DNA of 32,000 nt, from positions 480,001 to 512,000 of the forward strand of contig NC_013771.1 of NCBI RefSeq assembly GCF_000025125.1, given 5' to 3'. The translations under genes were made by a program, and so were the position numbers. Shown one piece after another: positions 8,927-19,150 of the stretch. The notes under the pieces are model-generated. The model was not told the DNA's origin. It saw only the letters and a program-made list of their open reading frames with translations, and searched no databases. Position 1 is the stretch's first letter; each line of letters starts with the position of its first letter. Source of the stretch: Candidatus Atelocyanobacterium thalassa isolate ALOHA. GTDB lineage: Bacteria > Cyanobacteriota > Cyanobacteriia > Cyanobacteriales > Microcystaceae.

Positions 8927-10609
8927 GTGACTTGGCAAACAGCAAAATTACATAACTTAAATTTAGAGATTAGAAGACAAAAAAAATATGATGCTCATGA
9001 GATTGCACTGTATTATCGCAGCCGTCCTTGGCGGGTAATTAAAAGAACAATCTCTATAGTATGGTCTTTTGGTTGGTTCTTTATTAATATTCAATGGGAT
9101 AAATTTACTCATAAAAAAAATAGTAAAAAGAAACGTTCTATTCAATTACGGCAAATTCTTACTAATTTAGGGCCAACATTCATTAAAGTAGGACAAGCTT
9201 TATCTACTCGGCCAGATTTAATTCATCCAGATTTTTTAGATGAATTAGTAAAACTTCAAGATCAATTACCTTCTTTTGATAATAAAATAGCTTTTTCAAT
9301 CATAGAAAAATCATTGAAAGTCAAGATTGATAAGGCTTATAAAGAAATTTCACCTAACCCTGTTGCAGCAGCAAGCTTAGGCCAAGTATATAGGGCTATT
9401 TTATATACAGGAGAAGAGGTAGCAGTAAAAGTTCAAAGAGCTAATCTAGAATCTATATTAACTTGTGATCTTTTCCTAATGCGCTTGGTAGCTTCTAAAT
9501 TATCTAGATTTTTACCTCTTAATCTAAAACATGACTTAACATTGATCGTTGATGAATTTGGAAGCAAGCTTCTTGAAGAAATAGATTATGTTAATGAAGG
9601 AAAAAATGCTGAAAAGTTTGCATCTAATTTTCAAGATGATGCTGATGTAAAAGTTCCTAAAATTTATTGGGCTCTTAGTAGTGATCGAATATTAACTCTC
9701 GAATGGATTCAAGGGTATAAGTTAACGAATACTGAGCAAATTAAAAATGCAGGATTAGATCCATACTCTATTGTAAAAATTGGAGTCATATCAGGTCTAA
9801 AACAATTATTAGAACATGGTTTCTTTCATGCAGACCCCCATCCTGGAAATTTATTTGCTACTCATGATGGTCGTATGGCGTTTATCGATTTTGGCATGAT
9901 GGATCAGTTAGACAACTCTACAAAAGAGATTATAGCTGATTCAGTAGTTCAACTTATAAACGAAGACTATGATGCTTTAGCTAAGGATTTCGTAAAGCTT
10001 GGATTTCTGACTCCAGATACAGATATTAAGCCAATAATACCTGCCCTTGAGAAGATTTTAGGTAATGCTATTACCAAAAACGTCAATGATTTTAACTTTA
10101 AAACAATTACTGATGATTTTTCAAAATTAGTTCATAAATATCCTTTTCGTCTCCCAGCTAAATTTGCTCTCATTATTAGATCATTAATCACGCAGGAAGG
10201 ATTAGCTTTAAGCTTAGATCCGAATTTTAAACTTGTTGAAATTGCCTACCCATATGTAGCCATGCAACTTTTAGCAGGAGGAACTTCTCAGTTAAGAAAT
10301 AGACTGTCAGAAATCTTAATAAAAGATAATAAGTTCCAATGGAGTAGATTAGAAAATATGCTTGCTATAGCTTCTTCCGAAGAAAAGTTTAATTTGTTAC
10401 CGACTGCACAATTAGGTTTACAGTATTTGTTCTCGGATGAAGGACAATATCTAAGGCATAAATTATTATTAGCCCTAACAGAAGATGATAAATTGCACAT
10501 TGAAGAAGTTCAAAGAGTTTGGTCTATTATAAGCAATGATTTATATCCACAACAATTGATGATAATTATGATTAATGTATTGCAAAAACTGATTGCAACA
10601 AAAGCATAA
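8927..10609 (+). CDS. ABC1/UbiB-family atypical protein kinase
   Basis: 560 aa with a GTG start. Carries AAASLGQVY, VAVKVQR, HADPHPGN and DFGMM, the ABC1 kinase signature blocks. Confidence 0.85.
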   Translation: MTWQTAKLHNLNLEIRRQKKYDAHEIALYYRSRPWRVIKRTISIVWSFGWFFINIQWDKFTHKKNSKKKRSIQLRQILTNLGPTFIKVGQALSTRPDLIHPDFLDELVKLQDQLPSFDNKIAFSIIEKSLKVKIDKAYKEISPNPVAAASLGQVYRAILYTGEEVAVKVQRANLESILTCDLFLMRLVASKLSRFLPLNLKHDLTLIVDEFGSKLLEEIDYVNEGKNAEKFASNFQDDADVKVPKIYWALSSDRILTLEWIQGYKLTNTEQIKNAGLDPYSIVKIGVISGLKQLLEHGFFHADPHPGNLFATHDGRMAFIDFGMMDQLDNSTKEIIADSVVQLINEDYDALAKDFVKLGFLTPDTDIKPIIPALEKILGNAITKNVNDFNFKTITDDFSKLVHKYPFRLPAKFALIIRSLITQEGLALSLDPNFKLVEIAYPYVAMQLLAGGTSQLRNRLSEILIKDNKFQWSRLENMLAIASSEEKFNLLPTAQLGLQYLFSDEGQYLRHKLLLALTEDDKLHIEEVQRVWSIISNDLYPQQLMIIMINVLQKLIATKA

Positions 10610-10824
10610 TTAGCCATGGAGAATTATTTTAAGAGGATAAATAATTATTTTGCTTTTATAGATATTTTATATATGTCGATATACTAATTACTGATAAAAA
10701 ATTGGATAACCTATATTTAAAGTAGTATTACTAAAAATTCTATGAACAAAAATCTTGCTAAGGTACTATATTAAGATTAACTATAGAATATTCGACCTGA
10801 CTTTTGAGTTAGAGAAAGCCAATA

Positions 10825-10989
10825 ATGAATAAAAGTAAAGTATTAGCTATCGTTACTGGATTAATTTCCATATTGCTAGCAGTAGCTTACCTCGTTATCG
10901 TTCAGCTATTAGACTTTCGAGGAGAAATGCTTCCTGCTCCGATTATTGAAAATATTGTAATCTTTCTAAATTTGTTAAATTATTTTTAA
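10825..10989 (+). CDS. Candidate 54-aa single-pass membrane protein (below the ORF-track length cut-off)
   Basis: ATG ORF MNKSKVLAIVTGLISILLAVAYLVIVQLLDFRGEMLPAPIIENIVIFLNLLNYF. A basic N-terminus is followed by one clear TM helix. A purine-rich GAGAAAG lies upstream, and the stop is 16 nt before the sbcC ATG. Confidence 0.3.
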   Translation: MNKSKVLAIVTGLISILLAVAYLVIVQLLDFRGEMLPAPIIENIVIFLNLLNYF

Positions 10990-11005
10990 TTATTAAACAA
11001 GCATA

Positions 11006-14000
11006 ATGATTCCTTTGAAATTAACACTTAAAAATTTTTTAAGTTATCAAGATGTAACTCTTGACTTTCAAGGGTTGCACACTGTCTGTATCTGCGGCGC
11101 TAATGGTGCAGGTAAATCTTCTTTATTAGAAGCAATAGCTTGGACAGTTTGGGGTCAGGGTAGGACAAGTAGCGATGAAGATGTTATTCACGCAAGCGCA
11201 GACTATGTAAGAACTGATTTTGTATTTATTTGTTATCAAGAAGTTTATCGTATTATTCGTAGTCGTCAACGAAACAGAACAAATTCTCTAGATTTTCAAA
11301 TAAAGAGTTCTGAAGGATTTACTCCTTTAAGTAGAAAAGGAGTTAAGGCAACTCAAGAATCTATTATTTCTACTTTAAAGTTAGATTACGAGACCTTCAT
11401 TAACTCAGCTTATCTAAGACAAGGTAGGGCAGACGAGTTTATGCTACGTCGTCCTACAGAGAGAAAAAAAGTTCTTGCAGATCTTTTAAAACTTGATCAT
11501 TATGAAAATTTATCTATTAAAGCTAAAGAATTAGCACGTCAATATAAAGGGAAATCTGAACAAATAAAATTAAATATTGAAGCAAACAAGAAAAGATTAA
11601 TTAAAGAAAAAAGTATTAGAATTCAGCAAAAAATGATTCAAGAAAATATTGAAGTATTAAACATTTTGCAGAATAAAAATGAGAAAGTATTTCAATTTAT
11701 TAAACAAGAAGATAGTGATCGTAAAAGTTGGCTAGATAAATTACTCTGGAATCAAGAGCGGCTTAAAAACCTGCAACAAGAAATATTTAAATTTAGGCAA
11801 GAAAAAGAAGAATTAAGTAGAAAAATTTATAGTTACGGAAATTTAATTAATCAAGGGATAAAAGTTTCTAGAAAGTACAAGAAACTTCTTTTTTTTCGTA
11901 ACCAAGAAGAAAATTTAGCTAACCAATTCAATATCTTCCAAGAATTTCATAAAAAAAAGCAAGATTTGGAGAAGCAACTATTAGATGAAGACAATAAATT
12001 ACAATTAAAAATTCATCAGCAGAAAATTGGTTTAGAACAATTAGAAAAAGAAGAAAAAGAATTGAAAAATTTCTTAAATAATGCTGAGGATTTAAAGTCA
12101 GCTTTGAAGACATTTGATTTTTATAATCAAGAGTTAAAAAGATTAGATAAATTACGTTGCAAGGTTTCCCCACTATTTAAGGAAAAACAGGAATTAACAA
12201 ATCAAACTTTAAAGATTCAAATAGATTTTGAAGCAAGGTTAGGGCAACTATACATATCAGAAGTCAATTATTTAAAAGAATTAGGTACGATTCTTCAAAA
12301 ACGGAAAATATTATGTAGTTTGAATGATGATATTCATGATTTAGAGGATGAAAAAGGACACCATAAACAAATAAAAGATAAAATTCAAGAAAAGAAAATT
12401 GTTCAAGGTAAATTGTTTATTGATAAGCAAAATAATATAAAGGAGATAGATAAGTTACAGCAAAAAATACATGAATTAAATATCTATCATTCTAACTGTC
12501 CTTTATGTGAACAAAAACTAGATAGGAATCGACGTCATGATGTTATTAAAAAGATAGCGAGACAATATAAAAACATTCAAAAGCAAATATATAAAGTACA
12601 AGAGAAAGTTGATATTCTTGAAGAAAATATTAATCTATTTATTTTTAAGGAAAATTTTTTAGCTGAGAAACTACAGTATTTGAACAAAATACAACAGAGA
12701 TTTTGTCAAATCGAAACGCAACTAAATAGGTCAGGAGAGATAAAAGATAAGTTAAATTCTGTAATAAAAGAAAAAATAAGAGTTGAAAAAACAATTAAAT
12801 CTGAATCTTTTGATTTAACTTTACAAAATAGGTTGAAGAATATTGAAAAAAAATTAGCAGAACTTAACTATACAGAAGAAAATCATATATTAGTAAGAAA
12901 TAAAGTTGACGAATGGCGTTGGGCTGATATTAAAAACTCTAAAGTTAATGATTTAATTTATAGACAAGATCAAATCTCTCAGCAAAAATCTGATTTAGTT
13001 CAACAAATTAATCAATTAGGAAAACAAGAAGAAAAACTAAACAACATTTCAAGATTAAAAAAAAGAATTAATCTAGTAGAAAAAAGAATTAAAACCTTGA
13101 ATTACGATAAATCTGCTCACGAGCAGATTTCTAATTCCATTCGTAGTTCTCAACAATGTGTTATTACTTATGAAAAACTACAAAATGCGAAAAAGTCTTA
13201 TCCCTTATTACAAAAATATTTAAAATTTACAGAGGATAAATTAAGGAATAACTATGAAGAACAAAATAATATTGTTAAAATTATAAATCGCTTATCCGAC
13301 AAGCTTAGCATTACAATAAACTATGATAAAGAAATAGTTAAACTAACAACAACTCTTAAAATACAACGACAGAATTTAGATAAGTTGTTTGGGAAACAAG
13401 GTAGATCTGAGCAAGCAATATCTGAATTTAAAATATTACAAAACGAAAAAAGAGAATTACAAGCATCATATAACAATACTTGTAGACAGTACCGTATACA
13501 TCTAGAACTAACCAAAGCTTTTAGTAAAAATGGTATTCAGCTACTAATGATTGAGAATGTATTGCCTCAATTAGAAGCAGAAACAAATAAAATTCTGACG
13601 CGTTTGACAGGAAATGAGCTGCACATCCAATTTATTACTCAAAAATTAGGAAAAGGCATCACTATTCGCAAAAAATCGACGAAATTGATTGATACTTTAG
13701 ATATTTTAATTGCTGATACAGAGGGTACTCGTGTATATGAAACATATTCAGGAGGAGAAGCTTTTAGAATAAATTTTTCTGTACGTCTGGCTCTAGCTAA
13801 GTTACTAGCGCAAAGAGCAGGCGCATCATTGCAAATGTTGATAATTGACGAAGGCTTTGGTACTCAAGATACTGAAGGTTGCGAGCGTCTAATTGGAGCA
13901 ATCAACAGCATCGCTTCCGATTTTTCTTGTATATTAATAGTTACACATATGCCCCAGTTTCAAGAAGCTTTTCAACATCGTATAGAAATTAGCAAGACCC

Positions 14001-14032
14001 ATCAAGGCTCACAAATAAATATAATAAACTGA
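11006..14032 (+). CDS. sbcC: SbcC/Rad50-family double-strand-break repair ATPase
   Basis: 1008 aa. N-terminal Walker A GANGAGKSS and AYLRQGRADEFM. A long K/E/Q-rich coiled coil with a central CPLC zinc hook. C-terminal YSGGEAFR signature and LIIDEGFG Walker B. Confidence 0.85.
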   Translation: MIPLKLTLKNFLSYQDVTLDFQGLHTVCICGANGAGKSSLLEAIAWTVWGQGRTSSDEDVIHASADYVRTDFVFICYQEVYRIIRSRQRNRTNSLDFQIKSSEGFTPLSRKGVKATQESIISTLKLDYETFINSAYLRQGRADEFMLRRPTERKKVLADLLKLDHYENLSIKAKELARQYKGKSEQIKLNIEANKKRLIKEKSIRIQQKMIQENIEVLNILQNKNEKVFQFIKQEDSDRKSWLDKLLWNQERLKNLQQEIFKFRQEKEELSRKIYSYGNLINQGIKVSRKYKKLLFFRNQEENLANQFNIFQEFHKKKQDLEKQLLDEDNKLQLKIHQQKIGLEQLEKEEKELKNFLNNAEDLKSALKTFDFYNQELKRLDKLRCKVSPLFKEKQELTNQTLKIQIDFEARLGQLYISEVNYLKELGTILQKRKILCSLNDDIHDLEDEKGHHKQIKDKIQEKKIVQGKLFIDKQNNIKEIDKLQQKIHELNIYHSNCPLCEQKLDRNRRHDVIKKIARQYKNIQKQIYKVQEKVDILEENINLFIFKENFLAEKLQYLNKIQQRFCQIETQLNRSGEIKDKLNSVIKEKIRVEKTIKSESFDLTLQNRLKNIEKKLAELNYTEENHILVRNKVDEWRWADIKNSKVNDLIYRQDQISQQKSDLVQQINQLGKQEEKLNNISRLKKRINLVEKRIKTLNYDKSAHEQISNSIRSSQQCVITYEKLQNAKKSYPLLQKYLKFTEDKLRNNYEEQNNIVKIINRLSDKLSITINYDKEIVKLTTTLKIQRQNLDKLFGKQGRSEQAISEFKILQNEKRELQASYNNTCRQYRIHLELTKAFSKNGIQLLMIENVLPQLEAETNKILTRLTGNELHIQFITQKLGKGITIRKKSTKLIDTLDILIADTEGTRVYETYSGGEAFRINFSVRLALAKLLAQRAGASLQMLIIDEGFGTQDTEGCERLIGAINSIASDFSCILIVTHMPQFQEAFQHRIEISKTHQGSQINIIN

Positions 14033-14156
14033 TATATATAAATCATAAATTCCCTTCATTTTCTTTTAAATTTAATTTGTACAAGATTAATAATACATTT
14101 AGGATTAAAAAATAAGCTCTAATAGTTAATGTTTCTCAGAATAACAATATTGAGTA

Positions 14157-15491
14157 TTAAAAGTAATTAGAATTTGCTTGCATATTTAAAAATTTAGTTA
14201 ATTCTGCCTGGAAAAGTAATTTAACAGTTCCAGTAGGGCCGTTACGATGTTTCGTTAAGATAAGTTCAGTAACTCCTTTATCTATTGTTTCAGGATTATA
14301 ATACTCATCTCGGTATAACATCATAATTAAATCAGCATCTTGTTCAATAGAGCCACTTTCCCGTAAATCTGACATCATGGGACGCTTATTGTTTCTGGCT
14401 TCAACGCCCCTGCTTAACTGTGATAGCGCGATAACAGGAGCTTTTATCTCACGTGCTAATCCTTTTAAAGAGCGAGTCATTTTTGATAATTCTTGAACTC
14501 GATTATCTTTCTCTGCTCCTTCCATTAATTGTAAATAGTCAATTAGAACTAATCCAAAGTCTCCTTTTTTTTCTGCCAATAATCGACGTACTTGAGAACG
14601 TACCTGCATAACTGTAACATTTGCAGAATCGTCAATATAAATTGGTAGGTTAGATAAAGTACCTATTGCAGTACTAATTGTACTGTAGTCATCTTGTACA
14701 AATCTTCCTGATCGCAAGCGATTACTTTCAATTTCTGCTTCCGATGCTAATAACCTCATAGAAAGTTGTTCTTTTGACATTTCTAGGCTAAATATTGCTA
14801 CTGGTAAATTAAAATTTTTAGCAATATGTGCTACTAGTCCTAATCCAAAAGCAGTTTTCCCCATTGATGGTCTTCCGGCAATGATAATAAGATCTGAACG
14901 TTGCAACCCCCCTGTCATAGCATCTAAGTCATAAAATCCTGTCTCTATTCCAGGAAGAGCCGTCTGATTATGTAATTTTTCTAATTCATTAAAAGTTTGG
15001 ATAATTGTATCCGAAATTGGAACTAGTCCTCCTTGTGGCCTTTTTTGAGTTAAACCAAATATTTTTTTTTCTGATTCATCTAAAACTATTTCTAAATCTC
15101 TAGTCGTTTCAAATCCTAAAGAGACAATCTCATGGCCAGAACTAATTAGTTGACGACGTAAGTACTTATCCATAATTAATGCCGCATAACGATCAATGTT
15201 AACGGCAGAGACTGTTCTATCAAGCAATTGAGTTAATTTATCAATTCCACCTATTTTCTCTAATAATAAATGATCTTCTAAAACACTTTTAACTGTTAAA
15301 AAGTCAGTAGGCTTTCCTTGACTATGTAACTTTAAGGCAGCTTCATAAATTTCTTGATGTGCTCTTACATAAAACGATTCTGGAGTTATTAGGTCTACAA
15401 TTCTTCCCATAGCTTCAGGATCGAGTAAGATTCCGCCTAGAATAGACTCTTCAGCTTCGATATTTTGAGGAGGAATATTGTTATTAGTCAT
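14157..15491 (-). CDS. dnaB: Replicative DNA helicase DnaB (no intein)
   Basis: 444 aa. PPQNIEAEESILGGILLDPEA N-terminus, Walker A GRPSMGKT, LIDYLQLM and SQLSR motifs. The length excludes an intein. Confidence 0.95.
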   Translation of the reverse strand: MTNNNIPPQNIEAEESILGGILLDPEAMGRIVDLITPESFYVRAHQEIYEAALKLHSQGKPTDFLTVKSVLEDHLLLEKIGGIDKLTQLLDRTVSAVNIDRYAALIMDKYLRRQLISSGHEIVSLGFETTRDLEIVLDESEKKIFGLTQKRPQGGLVPISDTIIQTFNELEKLHNQTALPGIETGFYDLDAMTGGLQRSDLIIIAGRPSMGKTAFGLGLVAHIAKNFNLPVAIFSLEMSKEQLSMRLLASEAEIESNRLRSGRFVQDDYSTISTAIGTLSNLPIYIDDSANVTVMQVRSQVRRLLAEKKGDFGLVLIDYLQLMEGAEKDNRVQELSKMTRSLKGLAREIKAPVIALSQLSRGVEARNNKRPMMSDLRESGSIEQDADLIMMLYRDEYYNPETIDKGVTELILTKHRNGPTGTVKLLFQAELTKFLNMQANSNYF

Positions 15492-16075
15492 AATTAATAA
15501 GAGTATAAGCGAATTAATTTTATTGGACTTCAGTTATTTATATATAAATCTCAAATAATTATCATCGAAACTAAATTGATTAAACCACTTGAATGAAAAA
15601 TATAGATTAATATTATTCAGATATAAACTTAATTAAGTGTTAATCAATTCATTCTTAAAATTGGACTTCATAATCTAAGCTTAAGAAACTAGAAATTTGA
15701 CAATAGAAATTTTTAAAATGTCATAACTGGTTAAATAGTAACAGAGTTATAAATAGTATACTAAAGGTTCTTGAAGTATGAAAAAACTATTTTGGCAACT
15801 TTTTAGAGCAAAAATTGTAAAATAGTTTAGTAGTAGATTATCATGATTTTAATAAGATTAGTTTCTCTAACAAAGATAATTCTCAACAAGCTTGTCATAT
15901 AAAGAATTAGTAAAAAAATTATTAATTTTTTAGTTACTACTATCTAACTCCAGAGCAATAATTCTATAAAGGTTATTTCAAATAATAAGAAATATCATCA
16001 TAAAATGCTTATACATAAGCTATTAATTCGTACGGTAAATTTGAATGATTAAGTAATTGTTCTAAAAGTCTTTAA

Positions 16076-18010
16076 CTATTTAGATTGATTTATTCCTGAT
16101 AAAAAATTACGAACTAAGCGAGCCATAGTTTTCTGTGCAAATCCATCAATAATTTCTGCTCCTATTCGTTTAGTCTCTTGTTTTTTTAGTAGTTTAATTA
16201 ATAAAGAAGACACATGTATAGCTTTAAAATCAGGTAAATCATTTAAGATTATCAGAATATTTTTTAAATGCTTTAAACTATCGTCATTTTTTAATTGCTG
16301 AACACTATTTTGCCTTGTTAGACCTATCTGTTTACGGATTATCATAGATAAATCAAACCAGATTCGATGACTGAGAATATCTACAGAATCAATTATTTCA
16401 TGAATTAATCGTTCTCGAATAAATTCTCCTTGTGGAGAAAAAATAAAATCTGCAATTTGGTCAAATACTAGTTCAATATCATCGCTTTGAAAATTTTGTG
16501 CATTTATCATTAGACTCTCTAACCTATTCCAACGTAGATTTCCGTCTTTAAATAATAAATCTTTCAAAGATATTCTTAATTCAGGTGAAGAATCAGTTAA
16601 TAGACGTTTAGCAACATATGAATATGCTTTACTCAATACTTTGAAGTTAGGATCAATTCCAATCGCTATACCTTCAAGGGTTACCATTGATCTTAAAATT
16701 AATGCATAATAAGCAGGAACTTTAAAAGGAAAGTCATACATTATATTTGACATCTGATCAGTAATGTTCTTGAAGTTCAATTCAGCTACACTTGAACCTA
16801 AAGCATTACTAAATATTTCTTTTAAAGCAATTGTGATGGGAGTTAAATCTACTTCAGGCTCCAAAAAACCTAATTTTACATAATCATGAGCTAAAGCATC
16901 AAAATCTCTATTGACTAAGTGAACAACTGCTTCTATAAAACCATATCTTTGATAACTCTCAATACGACTCATCATTCCAAAATCAAGATAAGCTAATTTA
17001 CCGTCTTTCATTGCTAGTAAATTACCAGGATGAGGATCTGCATGAAAAAGACCATATTCGAGCAACTGACACAAAGAACAATGAACGCCTATCTCTACTA
17101 AATGTGTTGCTTCAATTCCTTGAGCCTGAATTTCTTCTATATGAGTTAATTTTGTTCCTTCAATCCATTCCATTGTCAACACCCTTCTGGCCGTATACTT
17201 CCAATGAATTTTAGGAACATAGATCTCTGGTAAATGACTATAATGCCTAGCAAATTCTTCAGCATTATTTCCTTCTTTAACATAATCAATCTCTTCAAAA
17301 ATACGTTCAGCCAATTCATCCGTAATAGCTACTAAATCAGAATGAATAAAAGAGAAATGATTCTGTAACCAATGAGAAATATGTCGAAGAATATAAATAT
17401 CTAGTGTAATGCAGTGAAGTAGTCCGGGTCTTTGTACTTTAATCGCAACTAGCTCTCCTGTTGCTAATTTTCCTTTATATACTTGGCCTAATGAAGCAGC
17501 AGCTATAGGTGTATCTGATAGCTCTTGATAAATTGATTGAGCACTATGGCCTAATTCTTCCTTGATGAAACGATAAGCTATTTCATCAGGAAAAGATGGC
17601 AGTTTATCCTGTAAACAAGTTAACTCATTTAAATAAACTGGAGGAACTAAGTCAGGTCGAGTGGACAAAGCCTGGCCAATCTTAATATAAGTTGGACCTA
17701 ATTTAGTTAAAATTTCTCTTAAATGAATCGCCTGATTAATATCTTCTTTAATATTTTTGCCTATTAATCTGCCCCACCATAATTTAAAGGTAAAAGATGA
17801 AAAGGAAGAAAGAAGAAGAATCAATCGTTTAGCAACCTTAAAGATGTGTTTGCGATAATATTTATTGATTGCTTCTGGATTATACCGGTAGTTTTTCTCG
17901 ATATAATTATCTAAATCTTCTTTACTTTCTTTAAAGGGATGATTAGAGTATATGTTTATTTTAGCTATTTTAAAATTCAAGTTCTCTAGAAAAAGAATTG
18001 AATGGAGCAT
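16076..18010 (-). CDS. ABC1/UbiB-family atypical protein kinase (second paralogue)
   Basis: 644 aa with AAASLGQVY, VAIKVQRP, HADPHPGN and DFGMM. The C-terminal extension differs from the copy at 8927-10609. Confidence 0.85.
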   Translation of the reverse strand: MLHSILFLENLNFKIAKINIYSNHPFKESKEDLDNYIEKNYRYNPEAINKYYRKHIFKVAKRLILLLSSFSSFTFKLWWGRLIGKNIKEDINQAIHLREILTKLGPTYIKIGQALSTRPDLVPPVYLNELTCLQDKLPSFPDEIAYRFIKEELGHSAQSIYQELSDTPIAAASLGQVYKGKLATGELVAIKVQRPGLLHCITLDIYILRHISHWLQNHFSFIHSDLVAITDELAERIFEEIDYVKEGNNAEEFARHYSHLPEIYVPKIHWKYTARRVLTMEWIEGTKLTHIEEIQAQGIEATHLVEIGVHCSLCQLLEYGLFHADPHPGNLLAMKDGKLAYLDFGMMSRIESYQRYGFIEAVVHLVNRDFDALAHDYVKLGFLEPEVDLTPITIALKEIFSNALGSSVAELNFKNITDQMSNIMYDFPFKVPAYYALILRSMVTLEGIAIGIDPNFKVLSKAYSYVAKRLLTDSSPELRISLKDLLFKDGNLRWNRLESLMINAQNFQSDDIELVFDQIADFIFSPQGEFIRERLIHEIIDSVDILSHRIWFDLSMIIRKQIGLTRQNSVQQLKNDDSLKHLKNILIILNDLPDFKAIHVSSLLIKLLKKQETKRIGAEIIDGFAQKTMARLVRNFLSGINQSK

Positions 18011-18456
18011 AAGATCTATCCCACGAAATTATAGGAATTATTCCGTAAACTATTGTAACAATTTTTGTTTATTAATTAAAACTATTAAGAAAGTTTAATC
18101 TTTCTTCAATATTTATGATTACATAAATATTGGTTTAAGTCTTTTTATAGCTTTGATGCTAGAGTTGGAATAATGTTAGGAAATATAAATTTTCCGTCGA
18201 TTTTAAGTAACTGTCTTTGGTTAAACAATTCTTGCACTAATATTGTTAGTAATGTAAGAATTGTTTTTTATGTTATTGAAACCGTAAATAATTTATAGTT
18301 TCTTTACATACATTAAAAATTATTTATTTACATCTCTCAAAGTATTATTAAATAAAACAAAAAGATTATTATGGATATTCCAAAAAAATAATAACCTTAT
18401 CATTTTTTTTGAAAACCATTTTAATAATAAAAAAATACATCATAAAGAAATAAAAC

Positions 18457-18945
18457 ATGGTTAAACGAACATTATTACAAAGAAAAGGTGTCTTAATTAT
18501 CTGCATGATTTTTTTGCAACTATTTACTTTAAAGTATTCGCCGAAAATAATTGCTCAATCTTCTTCTACAGAGATTGATGACAGTGTTGTTATTAAGGAT
18601 GAACAGCTAAAAAAATTCACTGTAGCTATTAAAAGCTTACAAATAATTGATAAAACAACTCAACTAGAAATACTGAAAGTTATGGAAAAGATGGAAATGT
18701 CTCCAGAAGAATTTATGAAAATTGGGCAACAAGAAAAAAACAAACTCAGCCCTAATATAGAAAAACAAACTAAGTTTGAAGAAACCCTCAATATCATTAA
18801 AAAAATTAATGAAGAAGATCGTTTAAAGAAACGAGAAGCTATAAAAAATGCAGGGTTAGAAGTTTCCCAATTTAATAAAATCGGGAAACTGGTTGAAAGT
18901 GATCCGAAATTACAGAAGGTAGTTGTAAGACTTTTAGGAACTTAA
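18457..18945 (+). CDS. Hypothetical secreted protein (possibly DUF4168-like)
   Basis: 162 aa. Signal-like N-terminus (LIICMIFLQLFTL...IAQSSS) followed by two similar K/E-rich helical units. The family call is from memory only. Confidence 0.45.
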   Translation: MVKRTLLQRKGVLIICMIFLQLFTLKYSPKIIAQSSSTEIDDSVVIKDEQLKKFTVAIKSLQIIDKTTQLEILKVMEKMEMSPEEFMKIGQQEKNKLSPNIEKQTKFEETLNIIKKINEEDRLKKREAIKNAGLEVSQFNKIGKLVESDPKLQKVVVRLLGT

Positions 18946-18975
18946 GGCTGATTTAACAATAATTAGGAAATATAA

Positions 18976-19047
18976 TGGGTCGCCTGGGATTCGAACCCAA
19001 GACCATTCGGTTAAAAGCCGAGTGCTCTACCGCTGAGCTAGCGACCC
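18976..19047 (-). tRNA. tRNA-Lys (anticodon UUU), CCA not encoded
   Basis: Minus strand reads GGGTCGC-TA-GCTC-AGCGGTA-GAGC-A-CTCGG-CTTTTAA-CCGAA-TGGTC-TTGGG-TTCGAAT-CCCAG-GCGACCC-A. The cloverleaf is canonical except for a C27-A43 mismatch. Confidence 0.9.
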
Positions 19048-19150
19048 TATTACTTTTGTAACATTCACAAACATAACACAATCTTTTGTAAATAACAATA
19101 GCTATCTAAGAAAATTTTATCGTTTTTAGCTTACTAAACAATAACCAAAT

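Noticed and set aside
14157-15491. Intein in DnaB, as in some cyanobacteria
   Set aside because: The 444-aa length and uninterrupted helicase motifs leave no room for an intein.
15522-15670. Direct repeat of the 11-mer ATTGGACTTCA (15522-15532 and 15660-15670)
   Set aside because: There are only two copies of a short word in a long AT-rich spacer. This is plausibly chance, and no further copies or symmetry support a binding site.
15492-16075. Possible replication origin or rplI remnant in the 584-bp spacer upstream of dnaB
   Set aside because: I found no DnaA-box-like TTATCCACA or TTTTCCACA motifs on either strand. Translating the minus strand gave no L9-like peptide, only stop-rich AT sequence.
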